64,000 bases of DNA from Eledone cirrhosa. Taxonomy: Eukaryota. The stretch covers positions 6,696,001 to 6,760,000 of the forward strand of contig OZ024740.1 in the NCBI GenBank assembly GCA_964016885.1. The letters are read 5' to 3'. The notes under the pieces are model-generated. The model ran no database searches. It was not told where the DNA came from and worked only from the letters and a program-made list of their open reading frames with translations. A program made the translations under genes and the position numbers. The first letter of the stretch is position 1, and each line of letters begins with the position of its first letter. Positions 1 to 12,782 of this stretch are shown here, in pieces.

Positions 1-371
1 AAATTAGGGGTAGTATCGAAGCCTATTGAAACTTATACTCCACCACTACCATAAAGTTTCGGTCGGTTACCACTGGACATAGGACTAGCATTAAACTACA
101 ACTTAGTGGCTGACATGAATCCTGTCACTGTGTCACTTTACCTGCCTGGATGGGGGAGATTGATTGGTTTGGGACTTGCCTGGGCTAGTTCCATTTGTTT
201 TGGGTAGTAGTTAGATGGTCAACTTCCTTCACATTTGCACCTGTGCAAAGCTGTGGAGGTGTATTGGTGCTCACCAGGGCACGGGTGAAGGCTTCAACAA
301 CATCACATTTGACCGTTGCCTTGTCGTTTTAATTTGGATTGCCTCGGGAACGTAACCTTATTATGTAAGAA

Positions 372-446
372 GCTGTCTGATGAGATCACGGCACTTGGTA
401 CACGGAATCGTGTGGCCACTGTCGTCATTGAAATATGTATCACAGC
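372..446 (+). ncRNA. Minimal type I hammerhead ribozyme (Penelope/retrozyme type)
   Basis: Stem I GCTGT(372-376)/ACAGC(442-446); core CTGATGA 377-383; long imperfect stem II with inner ACACG-GAAT-CGTGT hairpin; GAAA 430-433; short stem III T-ATGT-A; cleavage triplet ATC (after C441); AATAAA at 453. Confidence 0.8.
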
Positions 447-634
447 CTTATCAATAAAGGACTTTAACATCTTAAACTACTTCTCATTTTCTTATTCATA
501 TATCTTTTGATATTTACCATTGTCAGATGAACTTATATTGACCAATGTTCTTTAGTATATGGCCAGTTCCCATTACTACTATCTTTTGTATTTCTTCTAC
601 ACGTGGCTTTCCTGGAACTGCATTGTACAACAAG

Positions 635-798
635 CTAAGTGGCATAGAGTTAAGGCTCTTTACATTCTGAGTTTAAATCCCGACAGAGTTAGCTTTGCTT
701 TCATCTTTACGGGGCCGATAAAATAAAGTACCAGTAACATATTGAGGGAGATAATTTGACTTTTCCCTCCCCAAAAATGTTGGCCTCGTGCCAACATA
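635..798 (+). mobile_element. tRNA-derived SINE, degenerate copy
   Basis: B-box-like GAGTTTAAATCC followed by the family body GCTTTCATCTTTACGGGGCCGATAAAATAAAGTACCAGT, which recurs many times in the window. Confidence 0.75.
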
Positions 799-800
799 AG

Positions 801-990
801 GGCAAGGGACTGGCCGTAATCGGTAGAGCGTTGCCCAACATTCTTTGTGGCATTGAGTTACGACCCTTTATATTCTGAGTTCAAATCCCGCCGAGGTTAA
901 CGTTGCCTTTCATCCTTACGGGGTCGATAAAATAAAGTACCAGTAATGTACTGAGTATTTGCTGGCCTTGTGCCCAAAATTTCTAATGAA
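801..990 (+). mobile_element. tRNA-derived SINE
   Basis: A box TGGCCGTAATCGG, B box GAGTTCAAATCC, body GCCTTTCATCCTTACGGGGTCGATAAAATAAAGTACCAGT, 3' part GCTGGCCTTGTGCC. Confidence 0.85.
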
Positions 991-1236
991 ATAAAAGCCA
1001 TTTCTTGAGAGACAAATTAAATTTTTATATTTATTTCTTTTTCATTGAATTATTTGGATTTGTTTTTTTTTTACTTTTAAATTATTAAAAAAAAATTAAC
1101 TCATTAATTTTCTAATCCATGTGAACTGTTTAATGAGAGTTGCTAATTTAAAGAATTAATGAGATGCAAAAAAAGAGAAAGTTAAATAACAAAAGAAAAT
1201 AACAAAGTACAAGGTTAGATAAAAAGTCATCACAAC

Positions 1237-4200
1237 GATGATGATGGTGGTGGTGGTGGTGGTGGTAGTGGTAGTGGTAGTGGTAACGGTGGTGGTGGTA
1301 GTGGTAGTGGTGGTGGTGGTGGTAGTGGTGGTAGTGGTGGTGGTGGTGGTGGTGGTGGTGGTGGTGGTGGTGGTAGTGGTGGTGGTGGTGGTGGTGGTGG
1401 TGGTAGTGGTGGTGGTGATGGTGGTGGTGGTGGTGGTAGTGGTAGTGGTGGTGGTAGTGGTAGTGGTGGTAGTGGTGGTGGTGGTGGTGGTAGTGGTGGT
1501 GGTGGTGGTGGTGGTGGTAGTGGTGGTGGTGGTTGTAGTGGTAGTGGTAGTGGTAGTGGTGGTGGTGGTAGTGGTAGTGGTAGTGGTAACGGTGGTGGTG
1601 GTAGTGGTAGTGGTGGTGGTAGTGGTAGTGGTGGTAGTGGTGGTGGTGGTGGTGGTGGTGGTGGTGGTGGTGGTGGTGGTGGTGGTAGTGGTGGTGGTGG
1701 TGGTGGTGGTGGTGGTAGTGGTGGTGGTAGTTGTAGTGGTAGTGGTGGTGGTAGTGGTGGTGGTGGTAGTGGTAGTGGTGGTGGTGGTGGTGGTGGTGGT
1801 AGTGGTGGTGGTGGTGGTGGTAGTGGTGGTGGTGGTTGTAGTGGTAGTGGTGGTGGTGGTGGTGGTAGTGGTGGTGGTGGTACTGGTAGTTATGGTACTG
1901 GTGGTGGTGGTAGTGGTGGTGGTAGTGGTGGTAGTGGTGGTAGTGGTGGTGGTGGTGATGGTAGTGGTGGTGGTGGTGGTAGTGGTAGTTGTGGTCCTGG
2001 TGGTGGTGGTGGTGGTAGTGGTAGTTATGGTACTGGTGGTGGTGGTGGTGGTGGTGGTGGTGGTGGTGGCGGTGGTGGTAGTGGTAGTGGTAGTGGTGGT
2101 GGTGGTAGTGGTGGTGGTGGTAGTGGTGGTGGTGGTAGTGGTAGTGGTAGTGGTGGTGGTGGTGGTAGTGGTGGTGGTGGTAGTGGTGGTGGTGGTTGTA
2201 GTGGTAGTGGTGGTGGTGGTGGTGGTGGTAGTGGTGGTGGTGGTACTGGTGGTGGTGGTGATGGTAGTGGTGGTGGTGGTGGTAGTGGTAGTTGTGGTCC
2301 TGGTGGTGGTGGTGGTGGTAGTGGTAGTTATGGTACTGGTGGTGGTGGTAGTGGTGGTGGTAGTGGTGGTAGTGGTGGTAGTGGTGGTGGTGGTAGTGGT
2401 GGTGGTAGTGGTGGTGGTGGTGGTAGTGGTAGTTGTGGTCCTGGTGGTGGTGGTGGTGGTAGTGGTAGTTGTGGTCCTGGTGGTGGTGGTAGTGGTAGTT
2501 GTGGTCCTGGTGGTGGTGGTAGTGGTAGTTGTGGTCCTGGTGGTGGTGGTGGTAGTGGTAGTTGTGGTCCTGGTGGTGGTGGTGGTGGTAGTGGTAGTTG
2601 TGGTCCTGGTGGTGGTGGTGGTGGTAGTGGTAGTTGTGGTCCTGGTGGTGGTGGTAGTGGTAGTTGTGGTCCTGGTGGTGGTGGTGGTAGTGGTAGTTGT
2701 GGTCCTGGTGGTGGTGGTGGTGGTAGTGGTAGTTGTGGTCCTGGTGGTGGTGGTGGTGGTAGTGGTAGTTGTGGTCCTGGTGGTGGTGGTGGTGGTAGTG
2801 GTAGTTGTGGTCCTGGTGGTGGTGGTAGTGGTAGTTGTGGTCCTGGTGGTGGTGGTGGTAGTGGTAGTTGTGGTCCTGGTGGTGGTGGTGGTAGTGGTAG
2901 TTGTGGTCCTGGTGGTGGTGGTAGTGGTAGTTGTGGTCCTGGTGGTGGTGGTAGTGGTAGTTGTGGTCCTGGTGGTGGTGGTGGTAGTGGTAGTTGTGGT
3001 CCTGGTGGTGGTGGTGGTGGTGGTAGTGGTAGTTGTGGTCCTGGTGGTGGTGGTGGTAGTGGTAGTTGTGGTCCTGGTGGTGGTGGTGGTGGTGGTAGTG
3101 GTAGTTGTGGTCCTGGTGGTGGTGGTGGTAGTGGTAGTTGTGGTCCTGGTGGTGGTGGTGGTGGTGGTAGTGGTAGTTGTGGTCCTGGTGGTGGTGGTGG
3201 TAGTGGTAGTTGTGGTCCTGGTGGTGGTGGTGGTGGTGGTAGTGGTAGTTGTGGTCCTGGTGGTGGTGGTGGTAGTGGTAGTTGTGGTCCTGGTGGTGGT
3301 GGTGGTGGTGGTAGTGGTAGTTGTGGTCCTGGTGGTGGTGGTGGTAGTGGTAGTTGTGGTCCTGGTGGTGGTGGTGGTAGTGGTAGTTGTGGTCCTGGTG
3401 GTGGTGGTAGTGGTAGTTGTGGTCCTGGTGGTGGTGGTGGTAGTGGTAGTTGTGGTCCTGGTGGTGGTGGTGGTGGTGGTAGTTGTGGTCCTGGTGGTGG
3501 TGGTGGTGGTGGTAGTGGTAGTTGTGGTCCTGGTGGTGGTGGTGGTAGTGGTAGTTGTGGTCCTGGTGGTGGTGGTGGTAGTGGTAGTTGTGGTCCTGGT
3601 GGTGGTGGTAGTGGTAGTTGTGGTCCTGGTGGTGGTGGTGGTAGTGGTAGTTGTGGTCCTGGTGGTGGTGGTGGTAGTGGTAGTTGTGGTCCTGGTGGTG
3701 GTGGTGGTAGTGGTAGTTGTGGTCCTGGTGGTGGTGGTGGTAGTGGTAGTTGTGGTCCTGGTGGTGGTGGTGGTGGTGGTAGTGGTAGTTGTGGTCCTGG
3801 TGGTGGTGGTAGTGGTAGTTGTGGTCCTGGTGGTGGTGGTAGTGGTAGTTGTGGTCCTGGTGGTGGTGGTGGTAGTGGTAGTTGTGGTCCTGGTGGTGGT
3901 GGTAGTGGTAGTGGTAGTTGTGGTCCTGGTGGTGGTGGTAGTGGTAGTTGTGGTCCTGGTGGTGGTGGTGGTAGTGGTAGTTGTGGTCCTGGTGGTGGTG
4001 GTGGTGGTGGTAGTGGTAGTTGTGGTCCTGGTGGTGGTGGTGGTAGTGGTAGTTGTGGTCCTGGTGGTGGTGGTGGTGGTGGTAGTGGTAGTTGTGGTCC
4101 TGGTGGTGGTGGTGGTAGTGGTAGTTGTGGTCCTGGTGGTGGTGGTGGTAGTGGTAGTTGTGGTCCTGGTGGTGGTGGTGGTAGTGGTAGTTGTGGTCCT

Positions 4201-4362
4201 GGTGGTGGTGGTAGTGGTAGTTGTGGTCCTGGTGGTGGTGGTAGTGGTAGTTGTGGTCCTGGTGGTGGTGGTGGTGGTGGTAGTTGTGGTCCTGGTGGTG
4301 GTGGTGGTGGTGGTGGTAGTGGTAGTTGTGGTCCTGGTGGTGGTGGTGGTATTGGTGGTGGA
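1237..4362. repeat. (GGT/AGT)n microsatellite grading into a ~30-39 bp minisatellite CCT(GGT)nAGTGGTAGTTGTGGT
   Basis: Direct inspection; regular higher-order unit from about 2430 to 4335. Confidence 0.95.
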
Positions 4363-4417
4363 TAAAATGTAATGGAGATGATGGAGGGAATGATGGCAAT
4401 TCACATGAGGAATATTA

Positions 4418-4531
4418 GGATGGTAATGCTGCTGCTGCTGCTGCTGCTGCTGATGGTAATGCTGCTGCTGCTGCTGCTGCTGCTGATGGTAATGCTGCTG
4501 CTGCTGCTGCTGCTGACGGTAATGATGATGA

Positions 4532-4564
<33 letters not shown>

Positions 4565-4605
4565 TGATGGTAATGCTGCTGCTGCTGCTGCTGCTGACGG
4601 TAATG
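4418..4605. repeat. Compound (CTG)n repeat punctuated by ATGGTAATG/ACGGTAATG
   Basis: Direct inspection. Confidence 0.9.
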
Positions 4606-4714
4606 TGAAACAGAAACCCAACACTAAATAAATATTCAATCTAATCCAACGATTCTGGAATTTTACAGACAAAATTTGGTCAGATGACATGTTGCATCTC
4701 GTTAAACTGTCAAC

Positions 4715-5259
4715 ACCACCACGATCAGCACCACCATCATCACCATCATCACCACCACCATCATCATCACCACCATCACCATCATCACCATCATCATCAC
4801 CATCAACACCACCACCACCATCATCATCACCATCACCATCATCACCACCACCACCACCACCATCATCATCACCATCACCATCATCACCATCATCATCACC
4901 ATCACCATCATCACCATCATCATCACCATCAACACCACCATCACCATCATCATCACCATCACCATCATCACCACCACCACAACCACCATCATCATCACCA
5001 TCACCACCACCACCACCACCATCATCATCACCATCACCACCACCACCACCACCATCATCATCACCATCATCACCACCACCACCATCATCATCACCATTAC
5101 CATCATCATCACCACCATCATCACCACCATCATCACCACCACCATCATCATCACCACCATCATCACCACCACCACCACCATCATCATCACCATTACCATC
5201 ATCATCACCACCATCATCACCACCATCATCACCACCACCATCATCATCACCACCATCAT

Positions 5260-5304
<45 letters not shown>

Positions 5305-5305
5305 A
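4715..5305. repeat. (CAC/CAT)n compound microsatellite
   Basis: Direct inspection. Confidence 0.95.
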
Positions 5306-5339
5306 ATCACTACTGCCTTGGAGAGAAGCAGCAATGTTG

Positions 5340-5706
5340 ACCACCAGTCACCCATACATATCAGTTTCCCCCTCTCTCCCCACCACCAGTCACCCATACA
5401 TATCAGTTTCCCCCTCTCTCCCCACCACCAGTCACCCATACATATCAGTTTCCCCCCTCTCTCCCCACCACCAGTCACTCATACATACCAGTCTCCCCCC
5501 TCTCCCCACCACCAGTCACCCATACATACCAGCCTCCCCCCCTCTCCCCACCACCAATCACCCATACATACCAGCCTCCCCCCTCTCCCCACCACCAATC
5601 ACCCATACATACCAGTCTCCCCCCTCTCCCCACCACCAGTCACCCATACATACCAGCCTCCCCCTCTCCCCACCACCAATCACCCATACATACCAGTCTC
5701 CCCACC
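5340..5706. repeat. ~42-bp minisatellite CACCACCAGTCACCCATACATATCAGTTTCCCCCTCTCTCCC, about 9 copies
   Basis: Unit starts at 5381 and 5423, period 42. Confidence 0.9.
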
Positions 5707-5769
5707 TCATACCACTGATGTTGTCCAAGAGAAAGACAATGACCGATACAGCTTGGCACCAGTAACGTC

Positions 5770-5840
5770 ACAACTCATTTCTACAACTGAGTAAACTGGA
5801 GCAATGTGAAATAAAGTGTCTTGCTCAAGGACACAACACC
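5770..5840 (-). mobile_element. CORE-like SINE fragment
   Basis: Minus strand GTGTCCTTGAGCAAGACACTTTATTTCACATTGCTCCAGTTTACTCAG resembles the CORE domain; related copies near 9230 and 11460. Confidence 0.65.
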
Positions 5841-6189
5841 TCTCCAGATAATAAAACAAGAAGTTTATGTGCCTAGGGAGTGGTTAAATAGTTATCTCCG
5901 TTCTGAAAAAAAAAGAATTTTTACAGCTACTACCACGGCACCTTTGATGATGACAAATTTGACTCTTTCTATTGCTGCTGATGTTGACACTACCATCACT
6001 AACACAACTACTGCTAATATTGTTGATGTGATAACTACTGCTACTGCTGTGGTTACCAAGATGATGAAGGTGAAAGAGAAGAAGGAGGAAGAGAAGAAGA
6101 AGACAGATTGACATTTATAAAGGACATCTTGCAGATTCAAGCAGTTTCACATAATATTGTAATTAAGGAAATATGAAATTACATATCTA

Positions 6190-7870
6190 ATTATACACCC
6201 CATCATTTTTAACAGGTACTATGTTAGTTAATACACCCCATCATTTTTAACAGGTACTATGCTAGTTAGTTATACACCCCATCATTTTTAACAGGTACTA
6301 TGCTAGTTAGTTATACACCCCATCATTTTTAACAAGTACTATGCTAGTTAGTTATACACCCCATCATTTTTAACAAGTACTATGCTAGTTAGTTATACAC
6401 CCCATCATTTTTAACAGGTACTATGTTAGTTAGTTATACACCCCACCATTTTTAACAAGTACTATGCTAGTTAGTTATACACCCCATCATTTTTAACAAG
6501 TACTATGCTAGTTAGTTATACACCCCATCATTTTTAACAGGTACTATGCTAGTTAGTTATACACCCCATCATTTTTAACAAGTACTATGCTAGTTAGTTA
6601 TACACCCCATCATTTTTAACAGGTACTATGTTAGTTAGTTATACACCCCATCATTTTTAACAAGTACTATGTTAGTTAGTTATACACCCCATCATTTTTA
6701 ACAAGTACTATGCTAGTTAGTTATACACCCCATCATTTTTAACAGGTACTATGCTAGTTAGTTATACACCCCATCATTTTTAACAGGTACTATGCTAGTT
6801 AGTTATACACCCCATCATTTTTAACAAGTACTATGCTAGTTAGTTATACACCCCATCATTTTTAACAGGTACTATGCTAGTTAGTTATACACCCCATCAT
6901 TTTTAACAGGTACTTTGCTAGTTAGTTATACACCCCATCATTTTTAACAAGTACTATGCTAGTTAGTTATACATCCCATCATTTTTAACAAGTACTATGC
7001 TAGTTAGTTATACACCCCATCATTTTCAACAGGTACTATGTTAGTTAATACACCCCATCATTTTCAACAGGTACTATGCTAGTTAGTTATACACCCCATG
7101 ATTTTTAACAGGTACTATGCTAGTTAGTTATACACCCCATCATTTTTAACAGGTACTTTGCTAGTTAGTTAATACACCCCATCATTTTTAACAGGTACTT
7201 TGCTAGTTAGTTATACACCCCATCATTTTTAACAGGTACTATGCTAGTTAGTTATACACCCTATCATTTTTAACAGGTACTTTGCTAGTTAGTTATACAC
7301 CCCCATCATTTTTAACAGGTACTTTGCTAGTTAGTTATACACCCCATCATTTTTAACAGGTACTTTGCTAGTTAGTTATACACCCCATCATTTTTAACAG
7401 GTACTTTGCTAGTTAGTTATACACCCCATCATTTTTAACAGGTACTTTGCTAGTTAGTTATACACCCCATCATTTTTAACAGGTACTTTGCTAGTTAGTT
7501 ATACACCCCATCATTTTTAACAGGTACTTTGCTAGTTAGTTATACACCCCATCATTTTTAACAGGTACTTTGCTAGTTAGTTATACACCCCATCATTTTT
7601 AACAGGTACTTTGCTAGTTAGTTATACACCCCCATCATTTTTAACAGGTACTTTACTAGTTAGTTATACACCCCATCATTTTTAACAGGTACTTTGCTAG
7701 TTAGTTATACACCCCATCATTTTTAACAGGTACTTTGCTAGTTAGTTATACACCCCATCATTTTTAACAGGTACTTTGCTAGTTAGTTATACACCCCATC
7801 ATTTTTAACAGGTACTATGCTAGTTAGTTATACACTCTATCATTTTTAACAGGTACTATGCTAGTTAATA
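6190..7870. repeat. 41-bp minisatellite TATACACCCCATCATTTTTAACAGGTACTATGCTAGTTAGT, about 41 copies
   Basis: Unit starts at 6271 and 6312, period 41. Confidence 0.97.
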
Positions 7871-7879
7871 CATGAATAT

Positions 7880-7960
7880 TGATACAGAAGGTAGAAAGAT
7901 AAAATACACTTGGGTGGGATTTGAACTCAAAACATAAAGGGGTGCAACTAATCTATCCAC
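7880..7960 (-). mobile_element. Degenerate tRNA-SINE head/body abutting the 41-bp array
   Basis: GAAAGATAAAATACACTTGGGTGGGATTTGAACTCAAAACATAAAGGG aligns with the family sequence GAAAGGCAAAGTTAACCTCGGCGGGATTTGAACTCAGATCATAAAGGG. Confidence 0.65.
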
Positions 7961-8231
7961 ATGGTACATTGATCTTTCTACTATTCTACCATTCTACCAT
8001 TCTACCATTCTACTATTCTACCTATTCTGCAAGGCACCTGCCAATAAGACTGAATATAAGTCATAGAATTTACCATTAATTAAATCTCAGATGTTGGGAA
8101 ATCTCTATGGAAAGAGATTATTTTAAATGCAATTAAGTTGACATTTACTGAGTAATGTTACTAGGAATGGGCAGCATATGAGGAATTAGTGGTACAATAA
8201 CTCTCACTTAACTTCTATAACATTCTTTGGC

Positions 8232-8437
8232 AATGGTGATGATGATGATTATGATGATGATGATGCTGGGGGAAGTAGTGGTGATGGTGATGATGATGGT
8301 GATGGTTGTGGTGGTGATGATGATGACGGTGGTGGTAGTGGTGGTGATGATGATGATGATGCTGGCGGTGGTGGTGGTAGTGGTGGTGATGATGATGATG
8401 ATGCTGGTAGTGGTGGTAGTGGTGATGGTGATGATGA
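8232..8437. repeat. (GAT/GGT)n microsatellite
   Basis: Direct inspection. Confidence 0.9.
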
Positions 8438-8910
8438 AAGCAACAAATCCCATTCAACACAGGTGTAATGTATTCTATAAACACACATCACAGAGACAAT
8501 CACCAGCTGACACTGAAATATAATGTTGATTATATATTATATACAACTCAAGCAAATAACACAACTTAGTTACACCTTGCATGGCAGAAGAAGCCCTAAA
8601 ATAACACCGGAAAGAACAACTGAAACCTCATTAATAAAACAAATTTTGATGAAGTATCCTAACACGCGTCTACACACCTTCAAGACAATGTTGTACACAC
8701 CTTAGAAACATGAAGATGCACCAGCCATTTTCTACTCATCAACTTCATCCAATCCTTAGTATCATCATCATCATCATCATCTTATTTCTAAGCATCATCA
8801 TTATTATCTCCATCATCAATATCACCATTGCCACAGCAATTGTTAATGGTTTAACTCTGTCAAGCCCAAATACTCATCAAGTTGAAGTTTATCTGTTACA
8901 CTGACATTAA

Positions 8911-9123
8911 CCCTTCAGCATTTAAACCGGCCATATCTGGCCAGAATTCTCTGACATCCTTCTGTTCAAACTGGCTGTAACCAGCCACTCATACTGATGT
9001 TAAGGTATTGTTCTCAAAATAAATGATATCAAAATCCTATAAATTCGATATTATGTGAAATCATTATGTGCCTTTACCATGAAAATACTATAGCAAATAT
9101 AGAGTAATGTAAATGCTGAAGGG
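8911..9123. mobile_element. piggyBac-type MITE, 213 bp
   Basis: Perfect 14-bp TIR CCCTTCAGCATTTA / TAAATGCTGAAGGG flanked by TTAA on both sides (8907-8910, 9124-9127). Confidence 0.9.
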
Positions 9124-11264
9124 TTAAGTGACTGAGAGTTAAGATTCACCCCTGGAGAAGATGCCAGTTCATTAAAGGGTCTTCTTCTAGCTGTTGCTGG
9201 TCTACATTTTTCCCTAAGTAGATTAAATCAATGTGAAATGAAGTGTCTTGATCAAGAACACAACCTGTGACATACTCCAGAAATTATACCTTAAGTTCAA
9301 AGGCCCAACTATTTAAATTTTAGTCCGTGTGCCACTACAATCCATCACATTGATTCATAGCCTCACCTTTCAGTCATCCCACACATGTTCCAAATTACAT
9401 TTCCAACATAATCATGTTCAAACCATTTCTCTCTAGCATCCACATTAAGCATCTTCATGTTTCACTACCATATAATATCAGTTCTACGCACAATTCACAC
9501 ACCAGTTTACAAAGCTGTGAAATCTCAAAATTGCAAAATATAATGAGTTACAAAAAATTGAAATGCCAAAAGTTATAACTATACATAAATAATCTCCTTG
9601 GTGACATATTTAATGTTCTTTTATTTAATTACCAAATGTAAATAGAGAAGTTAGCATCTGCACCTTTATTTATATTTCAAAATGAGTGGGTGTGTTAGTA
9701 AAACAAGTATTTAAAAGTGTTCTCTTTTAGGCCAATGTAGGATTTAATTGCGTGGTTGTGTTTGGTAGACATCAGTTTAGTACACTGAATAATAAACTAT
9801 TGAGTTGGGAAATTTGAAGTGTTGGTGCAGCTGCATGCTGTGGAGTTCCTGTCAGATGACTATTGACATTGAAGTTAGATATATATATTGCCTGAGGATC
9901 AGCATCAAGGTGAGGTGACACATGTAAAATATGCTTTGAATAAGTAATGTCAAATAATTATAATAAATATTACCAATGTGTTTGATTCGCCATAGCTGTA
10001 TACATATAAGTATGTGTGTTTCATATATCTAGCGATACACAGTATGTTTACAAATAAACATCTAGATAAGGCATGTATTCAATGCTTTATCCAGAACCAA
10101 TGCTCATTGTTTCATTGTAATAAAAAAAATCATCTTTTATTGTACATTCACCCCACCATCACCACTGCCACTCCAAATATTTAAATAAAGACTCACAGCC
10201 TGAATATACTAAGTAGGGAACAAATAAACGGACCAACTGAGATTAACCACACAATTTCAAGAGTGTATATCTGTTAGGTAATAAGAAGCAAGAAGGCTAG
10301 AGAACTTCTATAGCTTGAGTTGGTTCACATCTTTTGGAACTTTTAAAAATAGTGTAATGGGAGTGGATGTTAAACCGATTTGGTCAAAGTAACAGACATG
10401 TTTTGATCTTATTAGATCTTCTCAGCCAAGTATTTTAACTCAGCAAGTTGACTAAATGAGAATAGGATTAAGTATATAGAAAAGATGAAAGAAACTATAC
10501 ACTGATTATGTGTGTCAACAAAGGGACAAGGTATAAATGTTGGAAGGAAGTCCTGGGCAGTCTTACAGTCTATTTGTATGTATACAAAATATGATGCAAG
10601 ACTCAAGCGATTTCATCAGATATTCATTCAAGAATTAGTTATGTAAGGGATTAGGATTTTGGTGAACACAAACAGAGAATAGAAAATAGAGGAGCACTAT
10701 TCTTTGGTGATGGCCCACCAATTCTGTGTAAAGTCAGGTCATCCCCATAAATGTTAAACACACACACGCATGTATATATATATATATATATATGCGTGTG
10801 TGTGTGTGTGTATATATATATACAGGCACACACATATATATGCATAAATACATTCAAACCTATGTGCATATATACACCTATTAACATATATATATATATA
10901 GATACACACACACACATTCATTCACTCACATACACACACACACATATATGCATATATATGTATATATATATTCACCCATATGTGCATATACACCAACAGA
11001 CATCTATATATATCCACCTATACACATGTACCTATGAAATATAAGCAGATACACTGGACGTGCTACTCTGTAAAATGTCAAATCTGATATTTGTCTTAAT
11101 TTCTGTGAATGTTTGCTGACTGAGGCATTGAATAATTATATTAAATAAAGATATCTCAGCTATAATGTTTAACTTAGCTATTGATTTAAATCAATAGAAC
11201 ACCATACCTACACACAGACACATCATGTTCACACACACACTAGTATAGACGACATATATATATA

Positions 11265-11590
11265 TCATCATCATCATCATCATAATTTTACGTCCGCTTT
11301 TCCCTGCTTGCAAGGGTGGGACGGGAACTGATTCTGGCTTGATTTCTACAGCTGGATGCCCTTCCTAACACCAACCTCATTTACAGTGAGTGCTGGGTGA
11401 TTTTTTGTCGTGGCACCTCCACGAGCACTTTACAGTGGAATGATAGGGACCCTTTTCTACAGCTGAGTAAACTGGAGCAATGTGAAATATAGTGTCTTGC
11501 TCAAGGAAACAACACATCACCCAGTCTGAGAATTGAACTGACAACATTTCGATTGCAAGGCCAATGCTCTAAAAGCCATGTGCCTCCATA
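11265..11590 (-). mobile_element. SINE with RTE-type (ATG)n tail plus CORE-like SINE segment
   Basis: (CAT)n tail, GGATGCCCTTCCTAACACCAACC motif shared with the neighbouring RTE 3' UTRs, CORE-like AGTGTCTTGCTCAAGG. Confidence 0.6.
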
Positions 11591-11594
11591 TATT

Positions 11595-12569
<975 letters not shown>

Positions 12570-12782
12570 TTATATATATATATGTATATATATATATGTA
12601 CGTCCCAGCCTTGCAAGCAGCGAAAAGCGGACGTTAAATGATGATGATACATATATATATAACTTTGATATATATACAAAGATGTATGTATATATATCTA
12701 CATCTACATCTATATATCTATTATCTATCCCAATCTATTTATCTTATATAAAACACGTATGTATATGTGTATGTGTGTGTAT

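Noticed and set aside
801-900. tRNA gene
   Set aside because: A and B boxes are present but there is no cloverleaf, and the sequence continues into a multicopy SINE body
4372-5794. Poly-His, Pro/Ser, Gly/Asp and poly-Leu ORFs
   Set aside because: They are translations of trinucleotide and 42-bp repeats
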